A DNA stretch of 64,000 nt, from positions 124,001-188,000 of the forward strand of contig JYFJ02000141.1 in the NCBI GenBank assembly GCA_000934665.2, in the 5' to 3' direction. Positions within the stretch are counted from its first letter, which is position 1; every line of letters begins with the position of its first letter. Below are positions 40,408 through 53,300 of this stretch, one piece after another. Made by a program: the position numbers and the translations under genes. The DNA is from Catajapyx aquilonaris (Eukaryota). The notes under the pieces were generated by a model. The model was not told the origin of the DNA. It did not search any database and saw only the letters and a program-made list of their open reading frames with translations.

Positions 40408-40558
40408 CCGCGTCACACGTCAACTGTCACCACAATGGAACTTCCGGAGTATTAATCCAAGCAGTGGTCCTGGTGTCGGGCTGCCTTCCCATGACGGCCT
40501 TTCTCTGACAGTGAGACTGTTATCAAGGATTGCCCCGTTATCGTCAAGGGGTAGTAGC
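40408..40558 (-). other. 5' (probably untranslated) part of the same exon
   Basis: Acceptor gCTGACtggctggctgcttctcccatgtAG|G ends at 40559, with a branch-like CTGAC and a pyrimidine tract. An in-frame TGA at 40422-40420 precedes the ATG. This implies an upstream exon that I did not locate. Confidence 0.5.
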
Positions 40559-43500
40559 CTACATGGGAGAAGCAGCCAGCCAGTCAGCAGGTGGTGCAGC
40601 ACTGGCCTTACGTGTACGTGTGTGTGTGATGCCAGGGGGTGCTTATAGGGGGAGATGTGAAAGGAAAGTTTCCGCCTGGTGTTTCAGGGTTAACACCTTT
40701 CGATTGTTGGAGTTTGCATAAATTGGGTGGTTATTTCCAGGAAATCCTAATTTGCATTCATATAACATATTTGGTATACCAATGACATTGGTAAACCACT
40801 AACAATATACAGGAGCAGTAAACTGTGCCACATATGCATTGTCTTCTATTTGCAGCAGTTTTGCACATAAATATTGAAGCGGGGCCGATAAAATAAGCTC
40901 GCACATGGCGCCTAGATATTTTACAGCTGCACGTGACGCACGTACACGTATTGGCTGCATATTCAATCACTAAATCCAAAGTAACCGACGGTGGCTCACA
41001 ACACAACATCTCAGCTTTTGGTGGCAGGTCGTACAGTTATAAAATATTTCATAGGCTGTCTCCGGAATTTATGACCCGAGTGCACGTATGTATTCAGCAC
41101 TGGATGTCGGATTGTTTGTTCAATTGTCGCCAAGGATAACGTTCGATAACCCTTCGAGTTAGCAACAGCTTTTCAATGCATTCTAGGTTTATACATACGC
41201 CAGTAAAAAAAATAGAGTGTCGGGTGCATATATAATTGCACTTAACAGCAAATCCGGGATTTGCAAGTTTAATGGCGAGAAAGGGATTGGGTCCTGTCAA
41301 CCTGACCTCTTCCGCTTTTGTGGGTTTTTAGGTCGAGTTTTATTTCTCCGTGTGCCCAGTCCAAAAACAAAATCCGGAGCATTCCTTAAAACCGGACACC
41401 CCCTTGTATTCAATCCCCCTTTTTTTGTTTCCTCACAACTCCCCTTTTTTTCGCACCTACTTTTATTCAATCAACTTTCGGTGGTAATGTAGTTACCAGA
41501 TTGATCGAAAGGGGATTTCCGAACCTCCCCAAAACCAATCCCAGAAAACGAAGTTGGAATCTGCTTCACAATGGCGCTCGGGGTGGCATTCCTAAAATGA
41601 GGTCCTTATCTCAAATTAACGCTGCGGCTTATTTGAGGGGGCCCTTCTACTAAACGACTGCAATTCTCTTGAAAACTCACTCGGAATGGCACCATTTTGC
41701 TGAGAATTCTGTCGGCAACTTATTAATTTGCAATTATGGCTGGTAGTGATGTGTGAGCAGCGAGGTACTCCAAATGCTAAGAAGGGCACAAAAAAGTACA
41801 CCGAAGCTGTTGCATACACCGTGACGTGCAATTTGTACCTAGAGCAAGTGCAATTGAAATTAATGGGGGTTGTGCAATATAGTTGCATGAGCCACAACAT
41901 CGCAGTGTCTGCACACTTGTTCTTGTACATGACTCTGAAATTGATAATAGAGATACCAGGTTCCACCTGAGTGCAAAGAAGGAGGGTTGTTTACGCCGCA
42001 TGATTTTCATGGTAACAAACCACGGTACCTCCCAGTTCAAAGTCAAATTCGCAATGCGCCTTATCATATTGAGGCCAGAGTAAATATACACAACGAGAGA
42101 GTTACGCCTCGTCAAATGTAATCCCTATAAGACTCGTTGTTAAATTGAAAATTTGTAGCGCTGAAAAGCTCAATATTTGCACCGAATATACGGTGCTTTA
42201 AGAGGATTTGAGAATCTGCTTCAATCCAATGCGGCTTTGTTCAGCTTATTCGCACGCTGTTGTTAATTTCACATATATTGCACTGTTTCGATTAAAGTTT
42301 GAACGAAAATTGAACCGATTAAAAAAAATGCTGATTATATCTAGTGACGCTAATTGTACATTTCTTTCAATTTGGATGCATTCAACGGTATTTATTTTGC
42401 TTATTTATTTACCCCTTGATAGGGGACGCTATGTAGGTTATAATAAACAATAAATAAATAAGTAAATGCTATTCTAACTGCAAAAATGTTTTCTCCTGTG
42501 GCACTCAATTCTCTCTCTAAAAAAAGTGAAACAGCTTCATCGCAAAATCATAAAAATTAGCATCAGTAGTGTTGAATCGTTTGTCGCGAATTTGACGGCC
42601 ATGTGTGTTGACTCTAGCTATTCACATCACATAAAGCGCGGGAGATTAGCTGCTAATTGGCAATGCGAAAAGGACAGTCCCGATGGGTTTGTCAAAGGGT
42701 GCCCAGGATTTAGCCTGCTGATAAATAACATTCCGCAACCCATCACTGCTATCGCGATTCTTCAGATCCCCTGCAATAAATCACGGCCCAACAATTTTTG
42801 CGTGATACCAATCTTAATTGTCGGTATACACTCATATTCTTAGCGACCCATTGGGTCAGGCGATTTGTGCTTCGCAATATTAAATCCTTGCCTTGCCTTA
42901 GGTTTGCAACTTCACGATAATCGCAAAACCGTAGTCTAAATTTGGCTTATCGCTTCCGAGTGCGAGGATGTTGGATCGATGACTCCAAATTACTCCACAA
43001 ACATGAGTCCGGTCCCGGTCGTGTTAGAAAACGTGATTGCATTATTGAATAAAAATCAACTCGGCGGTTCTTTCTTCTTTTCCAATCAGATACTTTGTGG
43101 TCAGTGCAGACTCCGTGTTACGACGAAGTTTGGACGTGCTGGTCTTGAACAATTAGGCAAAACCTGGCAACACCGCCCTGCCACCAATTCTCATATAGAT
43201 GGCGCTATTATTTTTGCAGCACATTATGTGACCTACAAATCACTTCCAACTGAACATATGTACTTCCAACTTAACCCAGAAATTTTGCAAAGCGATCCCA
43301 TCTGTGTGGGTCTATAACTGTCACCCTGAGATAGTCGCCGACTCAGGGACACACCTGCTTTTAGTCCACGTGGTCATGTTTTATGAATGCGGCGGTGAGT
43401 TCGCCATCGCATCGGCACGGGGCTCAAAGTTTGCAGATTGGACGTGAGGGGAGTTCGCTAATGAACCGGGGTCGTTCATGAATATTGGATAGAACATGCG

Positions 43501-46500
43501 GTCTAAATCCTTCACCCCCCCTCTTTCCGAAAAAGTTTTTCACCCGGCGATATTAGACTAATCGAAATAATCTATTGTCTTCCTACAAAGAAAACCTGCT
43601 AACAGCGAAATATTATCCTCATTAAAAATGTTGGGCTACTTGTTCCAAAATTATGGAACCTACTTAAGCACTTGTGACTAGAAATTTTTCTGGACAAAAT
43701 TTCGTTCCATGAACTGTGCGCCTCCGTATTTTAAGGATCTATATTGTGAGAGGGTTGGATTTAATATATTCCAGCCGGTGGACATCCTACGTTGAAAAGA
43801 TAGTCGTTGCTCTATTCACTTGCACACGCCTTCATCTTCAAAAGGTAAATCAATATGAGGAACTTTCATTATACAAAGTTGGTTTTTGGTGCGTAGGACT
43901 GATCTGCAGAAAAATACTGCGTACTAAGAAACATTTTGGCCCGATTTTTAAAATTATGCAACTCAATTGGTCAACTCTGAACATCATATGTTATGAATGT
44001 TTTGTCGCAAATGACGTCCTTGCAAGTGAGTATACTCATAATAATTGCCGGACCTACAATAGCCTCTCAGAATGCTTTATCTTTTCACAACACATGCTCC
44101 AATAAATTACACGATATGACTCACTAAAAGGTCATAAAATATACGTCCAATTTGCTAAGCATAAACCTACACGAATCATAGATAACAGCACCGAGCACCC
44201 GCATTTAGCGAATGCTCAGCCTTGAGATGAGATTAGGAAAAAAAAGGCATGAAGAAATGTTACGCCAATCTATTCCGGAATTTTCCTCCATAGTAAGCCT
44301 CATTACACGTGCCCTTTTCCTTCAGCATGATTAGTAGAGCGTTTGGTCGTTAACGTATCCTTACCAAAAAAAAAAAAATACGACGGCCATTTGCTTCAAC
44401 GACGGCATCAAGGTGTCGTTGTCGAGCGAAAAGTGACCGCAACCTATTGCTGATGGCAATTTTATTTATTACATTGGCGTGACCTCTTGTTTACAATCCC
44501 TCCACGAAATGATTCAAGTGCAACAAACGCTTCATCTACATTTTTCATGCCTTGCAGCTTGCACGTACAAAAAAAGGGAGGAAATAATGCAAAAGGCAAC
44601 TGTACAAGCATCGATCTGCAACAAAGTACCGCAAAACTCTTTTGCACAAAAAAGGCCCGGTCCTTGATTACAGAGCGACTAACTGCAGGGGCTCCTGGAA
44701 ACATTGACAGTCGTCCAACACCCCTGTTGGCAAGGTCAATATTCCTTGCAAAAAAAAGCAGAGTCCACAGCCAATTGTGCCATAGGGGAAGGGGGTATAT
44801 TTGCAAAAAAAAAAAAATCGTATATGTGCAGGGGGTTGACTATAGCAACAGAGTAACAATTCGGTTTAAACGTGGGGATGTCATGCAAGCCCGATGGAAA
44901 ATGTGACAGTGGGTGGTGGACATATTGAAGGGGGGATTGGTAGCTGCGTTTTTTAGGTGATTTACGGCCGTTAATGGCGCGTTTAATAAGGGTCGAGGCG
45001 TTCTTTGAAGTCTACAAGATGGTCGGGTGATAAGGAGGCGCATTATAGGAGGTGGGGCATGTTTATACGGGGGCGGCCACAGAGGCTATGGGGCTTTGGA
45101 ATAGTGCAACGAACTTGTTCATAAATTATTGTCTGATTAGTAATTATTAGGGTCGTAATATGTTCGCCGAGGCCGATGGACGATGGCAGAGAAGTCAGTG
45201 AAACATCCAAAACGCCACGTGAAGTGTGAAAATTATCTTACCAGTAATAGCCTTCTGTAGATAGTGTAGAAGACCATAATATTAATACAATTTTTATTCA
45301 TTAATAATAATAATAATAATAATACTTTTGTAGCAATAAGGTGCATTAAAATTGATATTAATTCGATATAAATGAATCGTTATTGGACGTACCGATTGTC
45401 GCAGGTAGAAATAGTGCATAAATCTAGCCAAATATCAAGTTTAAAAAAAATATTTACTTTCATTCCTGCATACACCGGTTTCGGCTGTTTCGTGTACATG
45501 AATTTTCATATAAAATCACGGTACTATTGATTTTTCGTCGTAATAATCCGTGCCTTGACGCACATTACACATATATTCCCGGGTGATTATAATGATATTC
45601 TCTATAGCCTATTATCTTGTCGCAACTTGAATACGGTATAACGGTGATTGTGATCGAGATATTACGTGTCATAATTTGTGCGTAAATTCAATGGGATTAA
45701 ATCTTTCAGAATGACCGCCACAACGAAACACTGCATAATTATTCTAACACTGCATTAGAAATAGGGTCAGGTAAAATCGGCGCATATTGTGGAATGTTTG
45801 CATCCCATCGAAGCATACCACGCCACAAATTATTACACATTCACAACTTGCATGAGAATCATTGAATCGTTCCATATGCGTATGATGCGGGGACAATATT
45901 TATCTGCAATTACATGGCACTATAGTGGAAATGCAAGACAACGGGGATGTACGAGTGGTGCGTGGTGGATCAAAAATATTGCCTTTTCATCCCATGTATA
46001 AAGAGGAACATACCCTCCTTTCCCACACCCCTTATCTGCATCACCTGATTGGCCACCCTTTTCAAGTGGCCGCGTTCTGACGCTCTACAAAAACCTGCAT
46101 TGAGAGCCAAATGGCTTTTGGCTTAACAAAGCTTTGTGGTTAACCAATGTAATTTAATCACTCGAACTCTCCTGTAAGTGAGCATTACTGCACTGCATGT
46201 AACTTCAAACTTCCACCCAAAAATAGTTCCCTAGTACAGTAGTTTCAGATGAGGCTCATTGCTGTGCAATCCCTCGTGCCTCATTCAGTAGTTCGGAATT
46301 ACTTTTAAAGTTTCACGTGAAAACTGCGGCCACAGATGTGCCACTACTGAATAATAGCAAAAGAAAACAACGGGGAAACATTTCTTTTGTTCACCTCTGA
46401 GTTTACAACGCACAGTGCGTCTAAATAAAATATTCTCCAAAGTAGTCTTAGCTCAACCAGTAATTTAATATCGCGGAAGTTCTGGATATTTTGTAGATAA

Positions 46501-47539
46501 TTTAGATATCCGATAAAGGTAATGAAACAAAGTTTTTAAAAAATCATACAGGACAACGTAAATAGAGTGAGCTATTTACTAATTTTTTTAAATAAATCGA
46601 ACCCTGATGTATGTATAGTACAAAACCACTCAATTTATATCAAACAATACTGAAATCTCTGAGGATAGTTTGAAAAAATATTTCTTTAATATCTGTGCTG
46701 TTATCGTAGTCGTAGTGCATGGCACATATTTTCTGTTCACTTAACTCCCTGAGGTCACTAAAATCAGTCCATACAACAATTTATTTTCAGATGACTTCCC
46801 TGGCACAAAAACAAAAACTCCGTTCTGAACCCACGTTATCCTGTGCAATCTCATAATTAATCACCAATTACTCATTCATTAAAACACGTAGCGCACCCCC
46901 CTCCCACCCTCATGATCCGCAACATATTGCCGCGAAATAACGAGCATATCTGCGCCAAATCCGGTCCGAATCAGAGCCCAGCGCAATAATAATGGGGGGG
47001 ACACCCTACGTTGGGTCTATTACCTCAACGTGTCGCATTACCCGTGTATGGGGCGATAAACCCAGCCCTTCTTTTTATCACCCAGGCCCTGATGCGGCTC
47101 TTTCCACCATCAATCTCTCCTCTGATGATTTTATCGCCCAAGTCAAGAGCGGAAAATAACTCTCCAAGGCCCGAGGTGCGCCGAGATAGACGCCTCCTTT
47201 TTGGATTCTGGAAAAGGCGACTATCAACGCCTGGCCTAGTTGATGCCCGCACACCCCATCTGCTGGCCATTTCGGAGAGGAATCTTGGCATTTTGAACAC
47301 CCCGGTGCGCACAGCGCAAATTTTTTTGCGACATCAGAAAAAGCAAAGCCGCGGGCACTAGAAGAAGGCCCAAAGGCAGGATATGTCATCTTACTTGTGA
47401 ACTTACGTCACATAACCGTAAACATTATTACCATAAAATTATTTTAATTTAATTTTGGTCAATTATTAATATTTTGTACCGTATATTATTTCTCTTAATA
47501 ATGCTAAAGTCGTACAGCACCTATCAGGTTGTAAAATTT

Positions 47540-47706
47540 GATATATCGATCCCTGTTATATTTCGATATATCGATTTATGTACAACATTCCGATATATCG
47601 ATGCATTGACTACATTCCGATATATCGATTCATTGACTACATTCCGATATATCGATAATAACTATATTTCGATATGTCGATTTATGCTCTATTGCGATAT
47701 ATCGAT
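47540..47706. repeat. Minisatellite: 7 units of 25-27 bp with palindromic core CGATATATCG
   Basis: GATAT(A/G)TCGAT starts at 47540, 47565, 47592, 47619, 47646, 47671 and 47696. The central units CATTCCGATATATCGATxCATTGACTA are near-identical. Confidence 0.9.
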
Positions 47707-49940
47707 TCATGTGATATATAAATTGTGTTCTGGGAATGATGGATAAACTTGTGAAACCTGCGACGTCTCATCGTATGTAGAGCTGTGTGTTGTTAGATAC
47801 CGTTGGCTGGAGGTGGGCAGTGTTAAGTCGTTAGGCTAATAGAGTCTATCTTTTTCTGGTCGACGAGGGACGGTGTCGGAGGGTTGATGGATGACTTGGT
47901 CGGTCCTGCTCCTGGCAGATTTGTCCCTGCCTGCTGATTATGACGTAGCGCGTAAAGTAGGCGTGTGACCTTGATGTGCAAGGGTTTAGCCGGAATTACC
48001 ATCGATTTATTGCCACACTGCGATTACTGCGAAAAATTGTGTCCGCCACTGTTCCAGTCAGCAGAATCCCATTTTCATAGACGTGTCGGATAACAGCAGC
48101 TTGCTCATAATAGTTGCATAATAATGTTTCAATTATTTATCAATATTCATACAGGGTGTGCCAAAACCAAAAGGTCTTTCTTCGATATTCCTCAGCTAAA
48201 TTACTAGACAGGACTATCCATACCATCGCGAGGAGTCCATGCCCTGCGAATATATTGCAAACTACATGCGTGCTACATTATATGCCGTGACCAACGAGGG
48301 GAAGTGACCAACGACGTTTTGGCAGGATCCAAAATGAACTGCATCCGGAATGAGCCGGCTTCTCAAAATCATTCACCTGCACTGAGCTTTAAACCAGTGA
48401 ACTTCCTGGTGCACTATCAAATTTCACTTTTGATGAACTTTTAAAAATAGTCTTGCGGACAAACGGTATCTTATCTCTCACGATCAGCACTCTATCAAGT
48501 TTCTAGCTGACGCATGTAACATTATTATTTTTTATTTCTTTACTATTTTCAATATTTTACTGCGCATTTCTGCAGAGAGATGAAACGCAAACTTCAAGCG
48601 ATACAAATTATTGGAGTTTAAGCCCGTAAAACTCATGAATAGATTTCAGATACACACAAATCCTTTTGCAAAAAAAAATTTGCGGGTTTGTAAAGCAGCT
48701 TGGATGAGACGGGGACTTTTCACACCCATTCTCTGAAAAGCTTCACGTCCGTCGATTCTTTGTGTTGAAAAAATGTGCGATGAATGTGCATTTCTCCGTT
48801 TTTGGTGCTGCGGGTGTGGAAGAGCCCGGGAGGTGAAAATATGTATTATCGCTTATGCTGCAATGGAATTCGCGTGCGCTTTGAAATTCCGGATGCTTTC
48901 AGATTAAAACGAGCCAACCTCACAATCCACGCGGGAATAATAGAGGGTAGGATTATATTAAAAACGGCGAATCTAACCCAAAATTAAGGCTGGAAAATAA
49001 TATCTTGCAAATTTTTTAAAATACCTTGGGCATAATATCCGCTTAAAAAGTGATGGTTAATTTGCATTACAAGATTAATCTCACTAAGGCTTCTCAGCAC
49101 CGCCTTATCTAAATCTCTGCGGAAGCAGAGGCAGGAAACGGCTCGGATTATGCATGGGAATAACTTGGTTGAATTGACGACTCGAGAAACTCCGGTGCGG
49201 AATTACTATTTACCGGGAAGGACGGATTGACACTACGAAGAAAAATGTGCATGAAAATGGCTATTAAGTAATGAACACGTGCACCTAGCTTGTAAATGTC
49301 AAAATCTACATGATTATGGCTAACTAAAATCGTCCCATGTCGAATTAAACTTCAGCAACAGTGTGATTACTTTCATTAACAACATATGGAATAACTTGCA
49401 ACCGAATTTTAAGACGAAAAATAAATTATGAATATGAATTTTTCAGTAAATTGAGTTCATAAAAAAGTGGGACAAAAAGGGTACAAAATGGGTATGAAAG
49501 AGGGAGATTAGACCTGTTTGCTGATAACCTCATTCTGATCATGCAAAGTTTAGAGTCGCTTGGGCTTCAAAATTCTGCTGGGGCTTTAGTTAGCAGAAAA
49601 CGTGAGTTTTACCCAGAGGAACTGAACTACCGGAGTTTTCATAGACTTTCCGGTGACACCAACATTCTCCCAAAAAGTGAACAAATGTCAGCCCTTCTCC
49701 CGCCTCAGTTTCTAAGAGAATGCAACTAGCGTTACCTTCATGATGTAAGAAAAAGAACTTTCCTTTAGGAATTCAAGATAAAGCTAGTGTATGGGTATTA
49801 AATGGAATTAATCTCCGGATAATTATACTTGTATTACTGTTCAAACCATTCAAACTCTTACTTTAAATTTTTGTCATTTCTTACAACATAACTTACAGGT
49901 TTGGATCGACAGATGACTTATTATAATATATTCGTTATCA

Positions 49941-50311
49941 TAATTGACATATATTCATTACTACATAATTGACGTTATTATTAATATTATTACAATGCAA
50001 TTTTTAAATGACGTACTAAAACTTACGTCTAATTGCATATGCCTCCTAGATTTGTTATAGTATGCAGCACATGCAAATGATCAAACTGAATCCAAAAGTC
50101 ACATGAACATGTGCCACATACCTCGCCACATACAGTCAATTAAACTGCAAATCAGAAGATATGGCCGCTAAATTAATATCGTGACAAATGGCGACATTAA
50201 TTGACCAGGTTAATGATTTTGACACATCACTAACTGATTATGCATCGATGCAAATGCGTCAGAATTTGATATTCAGGCTCTTACTTATTATTCACGATTT
50301 AAGTAATTGAC
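49941..50311. promoter_or_regulatory. Candidate enhancer: homotypic TAATTGAC homeodomain-site cluster with two octamer motifs
   Basis: TAATTGAC at 49941, 49966, 50198 and 50304, and its reverse complement GTCAATTA at 50135. ATGCAAAT at 50071 and 50248. Confidence 0.4.
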
Positions 50312-53300
50312 AACCGCCTATAGTGCACTTGACCCCAATACCAGTCTCTAATGAAAATCGGCAAAGGCATGAAAAACATATTAAATAATTTACTACCACT
50401 AAGGTTAAGGCCAACAGTTCATTAAGTCACAAGGCGAAGGGCAGTAAATATGAAACCAGCTTATCTCCTGGATTTACCAGGATTAAGAAGTAAAGGCCAG
50501 CGCACCTATTTTATAATGAATAAACCAGCGGGATACCGACCCCTGGAATTACGCAATGAATCCTGTTATGAGCATTACATGACGCCCCTCGGCATATTCC
50601 AAAAAGCAAGAGGTAAATTCCGCTCCTAGTCCAATACATTTCAGGTTTCCTCCTCCCCTCTTCCTCCCTACCACCTCCTTAATTGCCGCAGAATATGGCA
50701 CTGAGAGACTGGGAACATGCTACACTCATTAGTTTTCGGCATGCAAACAACAGCCAGAGGGCCTTCCAATGTGGGTCTACAGCCAGATATCGATTGTTAT
50801 AGCCAAGGAAAGTTCTATTTCCAGACTTGCTGACATTTTGCTGCGTTCGTTTCCTCCAGCAACTGAAGAGGATTTTTGCACCTTACAAGTGTGAGGGCAA
50901 CTGGGGTTATATGAAAGGAGGGAAGTGTCCTGGCACGTAGGCAACACACAAGTCACGTGCGGAGAAGAAAAGTCATCGGAGGATTTCGCCATTTGCGCTC
51001 ATTAGTGGAGATGAACGCAAACAGCCAATTTCTTGCGGGCAAATCCAATCACAGTTCAGTTGCCACGACGTATTGTCTGGCTCAGGTTGGAGCCATTTTT
51101 TTGTTCCAATTCTGAAGGTTACTATGGTCAACAATGAACTATTATCAGATCATTGCCGGGTAAGGAACAAAAAGATCCTGCCAGAAGGTTGACGAAGAAA
51201 TATCAGAAGGAAACTGTGGAAAATACTGCACTTTTTTTGTTTGAAATTCCCTAAGGTCATTCAGATTTCCTTCAACTTGCATTCTGTTTCTTCACCAACA
51301 GCTCAAGTTAACAGCTATTTCGTGGATCACAAAAGTATGGTTCTCATATCAAAAACCCTCACCCTATTCATTGGCACTGTACAGTTGTGGCCACCCTTGA
51401 CTCCTATATTATTCCTAAGATTTGAAAGGATTTGACAAAGGCATATCACAGAAGTTCCTCAAGAACCTGTCTTTGTGGCATGCATGAATTCTCCAATATA
51501 GTTCCACTAGAATTAATGCAATCCTTTTCAAATGTGCAGTAAATCACAGAGTAGGCTATTCATGGAACTTGTATGAAAGTCCCAGTGTGAGTCTGTATGA
51601 CATTCACAAGAAGTCCTTTGAAGATTGTGTCACTCCCACGCTCCAAGCTGTTAGGATATCAGATCAAGAAGCCCTAAATTACAACGTAGGCAGTAGTGTG
51701 AAGTACAAAAGTTGGTAAAATCGTATTAAATTCAAACTGAAATTTACATGAACTCATTGTACATTCTTTAATAAATGTTACATCAAATACAATGCACTAG
51801 CCGGTGAAACATTTGTACAACTTTAATGGCCAATTTGTGCAAGCCCTAGGGCCACCTGTGTGCCCTCCACGTCCACGTGAAATGGAACTGATCCAGTTTC
51901 ATTTCTGACTTTTCATTCGTGCTGTCAGAAATACATAGTTTACACAATGGAAGCCAATTCAACCCGGAACAAACTGTTATATTACTCTCTCCCTTGAAAA
52001 AGTTGGCTGCTTTGAACTTGAAATGATCGCCTGAACTGATGAACCGCCAGCAACTCAGCATATAAATCATGCAATGTTCCACACATACTTTCTTCATAAA
52101 AATTGTGTACTGAATATGCGACAGGACTGTATTTCACTAGCAGTCATCCGACTTTTTGTGACCTTCAAGCAGCAAAGTTTGGATGTGTAGTTTGCCCTCC
52201 ATTTGCACTGTACCTAGTCGGAGGAAAATGGCTAAATAAATTACTCGTATAGATGCAATAAGACTTGTCACTTCATGTCTGAAGGTGTGCTTTAGACATT
52301 CTCGGGTTGCGGTTCCTCCTCCTTGTTAGGATAGATGTGTCGCTGATGTCTCTAGTAGTGTGCCCTTTGATGTAGTCCGACCAACAAAATAGTTGCCGGA
52401 GTACTGCTCAGGAGAGTGCTTTCTCGTGTGTGGAATTACAAAATGGTACTGTGGGTGTGAGTATCATGCCAAAGGTAATCCAGCCGGATGTCACAGGGTT
52501 TCATCATCTAAGGACAAGTGTTAGATTTATGTATTTTGAGACACTCCTACCATTCAATTGAATCAAACTGTACTTCAAAATGTCATGTCTCCTATAAAGC
52601 GATAACCAGCTGGCTTAAAATGTCAAGCACACAAACAGCCTTTGAATTGAGTGGTTACAATGTTATTACTGCTCCAATACCTGTCGCACCACCCGTGAAC
52701 AGAGAATGTGTGTAAAATTGGCGCATCGTCAACTTATTTGAACCCAGGCCAGTTTATAAGACCACAAAGATATCTGTTAACCTTTGAATACATCAGAACT
52801 CTCGAAAATGAAAATGGCAAGCAGGGGCCTGGAAATATTCACAGCCGTTGGAATCAAAATACTCCGGATTTTTTTGTGTGTGTGCAGCATGGTCCATAGG
52901 TCGGGAGAGTTCAGTAGAAAAAGGTAGATACACGTTCGCACCAGACCAGACTGCTTTATCTCAGCTCCACTTGAGTCCCTTTTCCAAAAAAGGCCCTATT
53001 GATCACGACGCTTTTGGAGGAATTTTCCACAGGAAGTCAAAGTTACTCCGTGCATGGAAATGCGTCAGATCGTATAAACTCTTCCTCTTAATTTTGCTGA
53101 ACGACGAAAACATCCTCGGGAATATAGGTCAGAGGACCCTTCCAACGGATTCCAAAATGAACTGTAATAATGTAAAGTTACAAATGGATGGGGATCTTTA
53201 GGTGAAAAGCAACCTGATTGTAATGCAATTTGCATACGCGAAAAATCTGCGATTCACAATCTCAACGATGAACGGAATTTTTACCTCTAATATTGACTGA

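Noticed and set aside
47474..47746. CRISPR-like array or repeat-protein ORF (FRYID repeats)
   Set aside because: The period is only 25-27 bp, the linkers are related to each other rather than unique spacers, there are no cas genes and the context is eukaryotic. The ORF is a by-product of the minisatellite.
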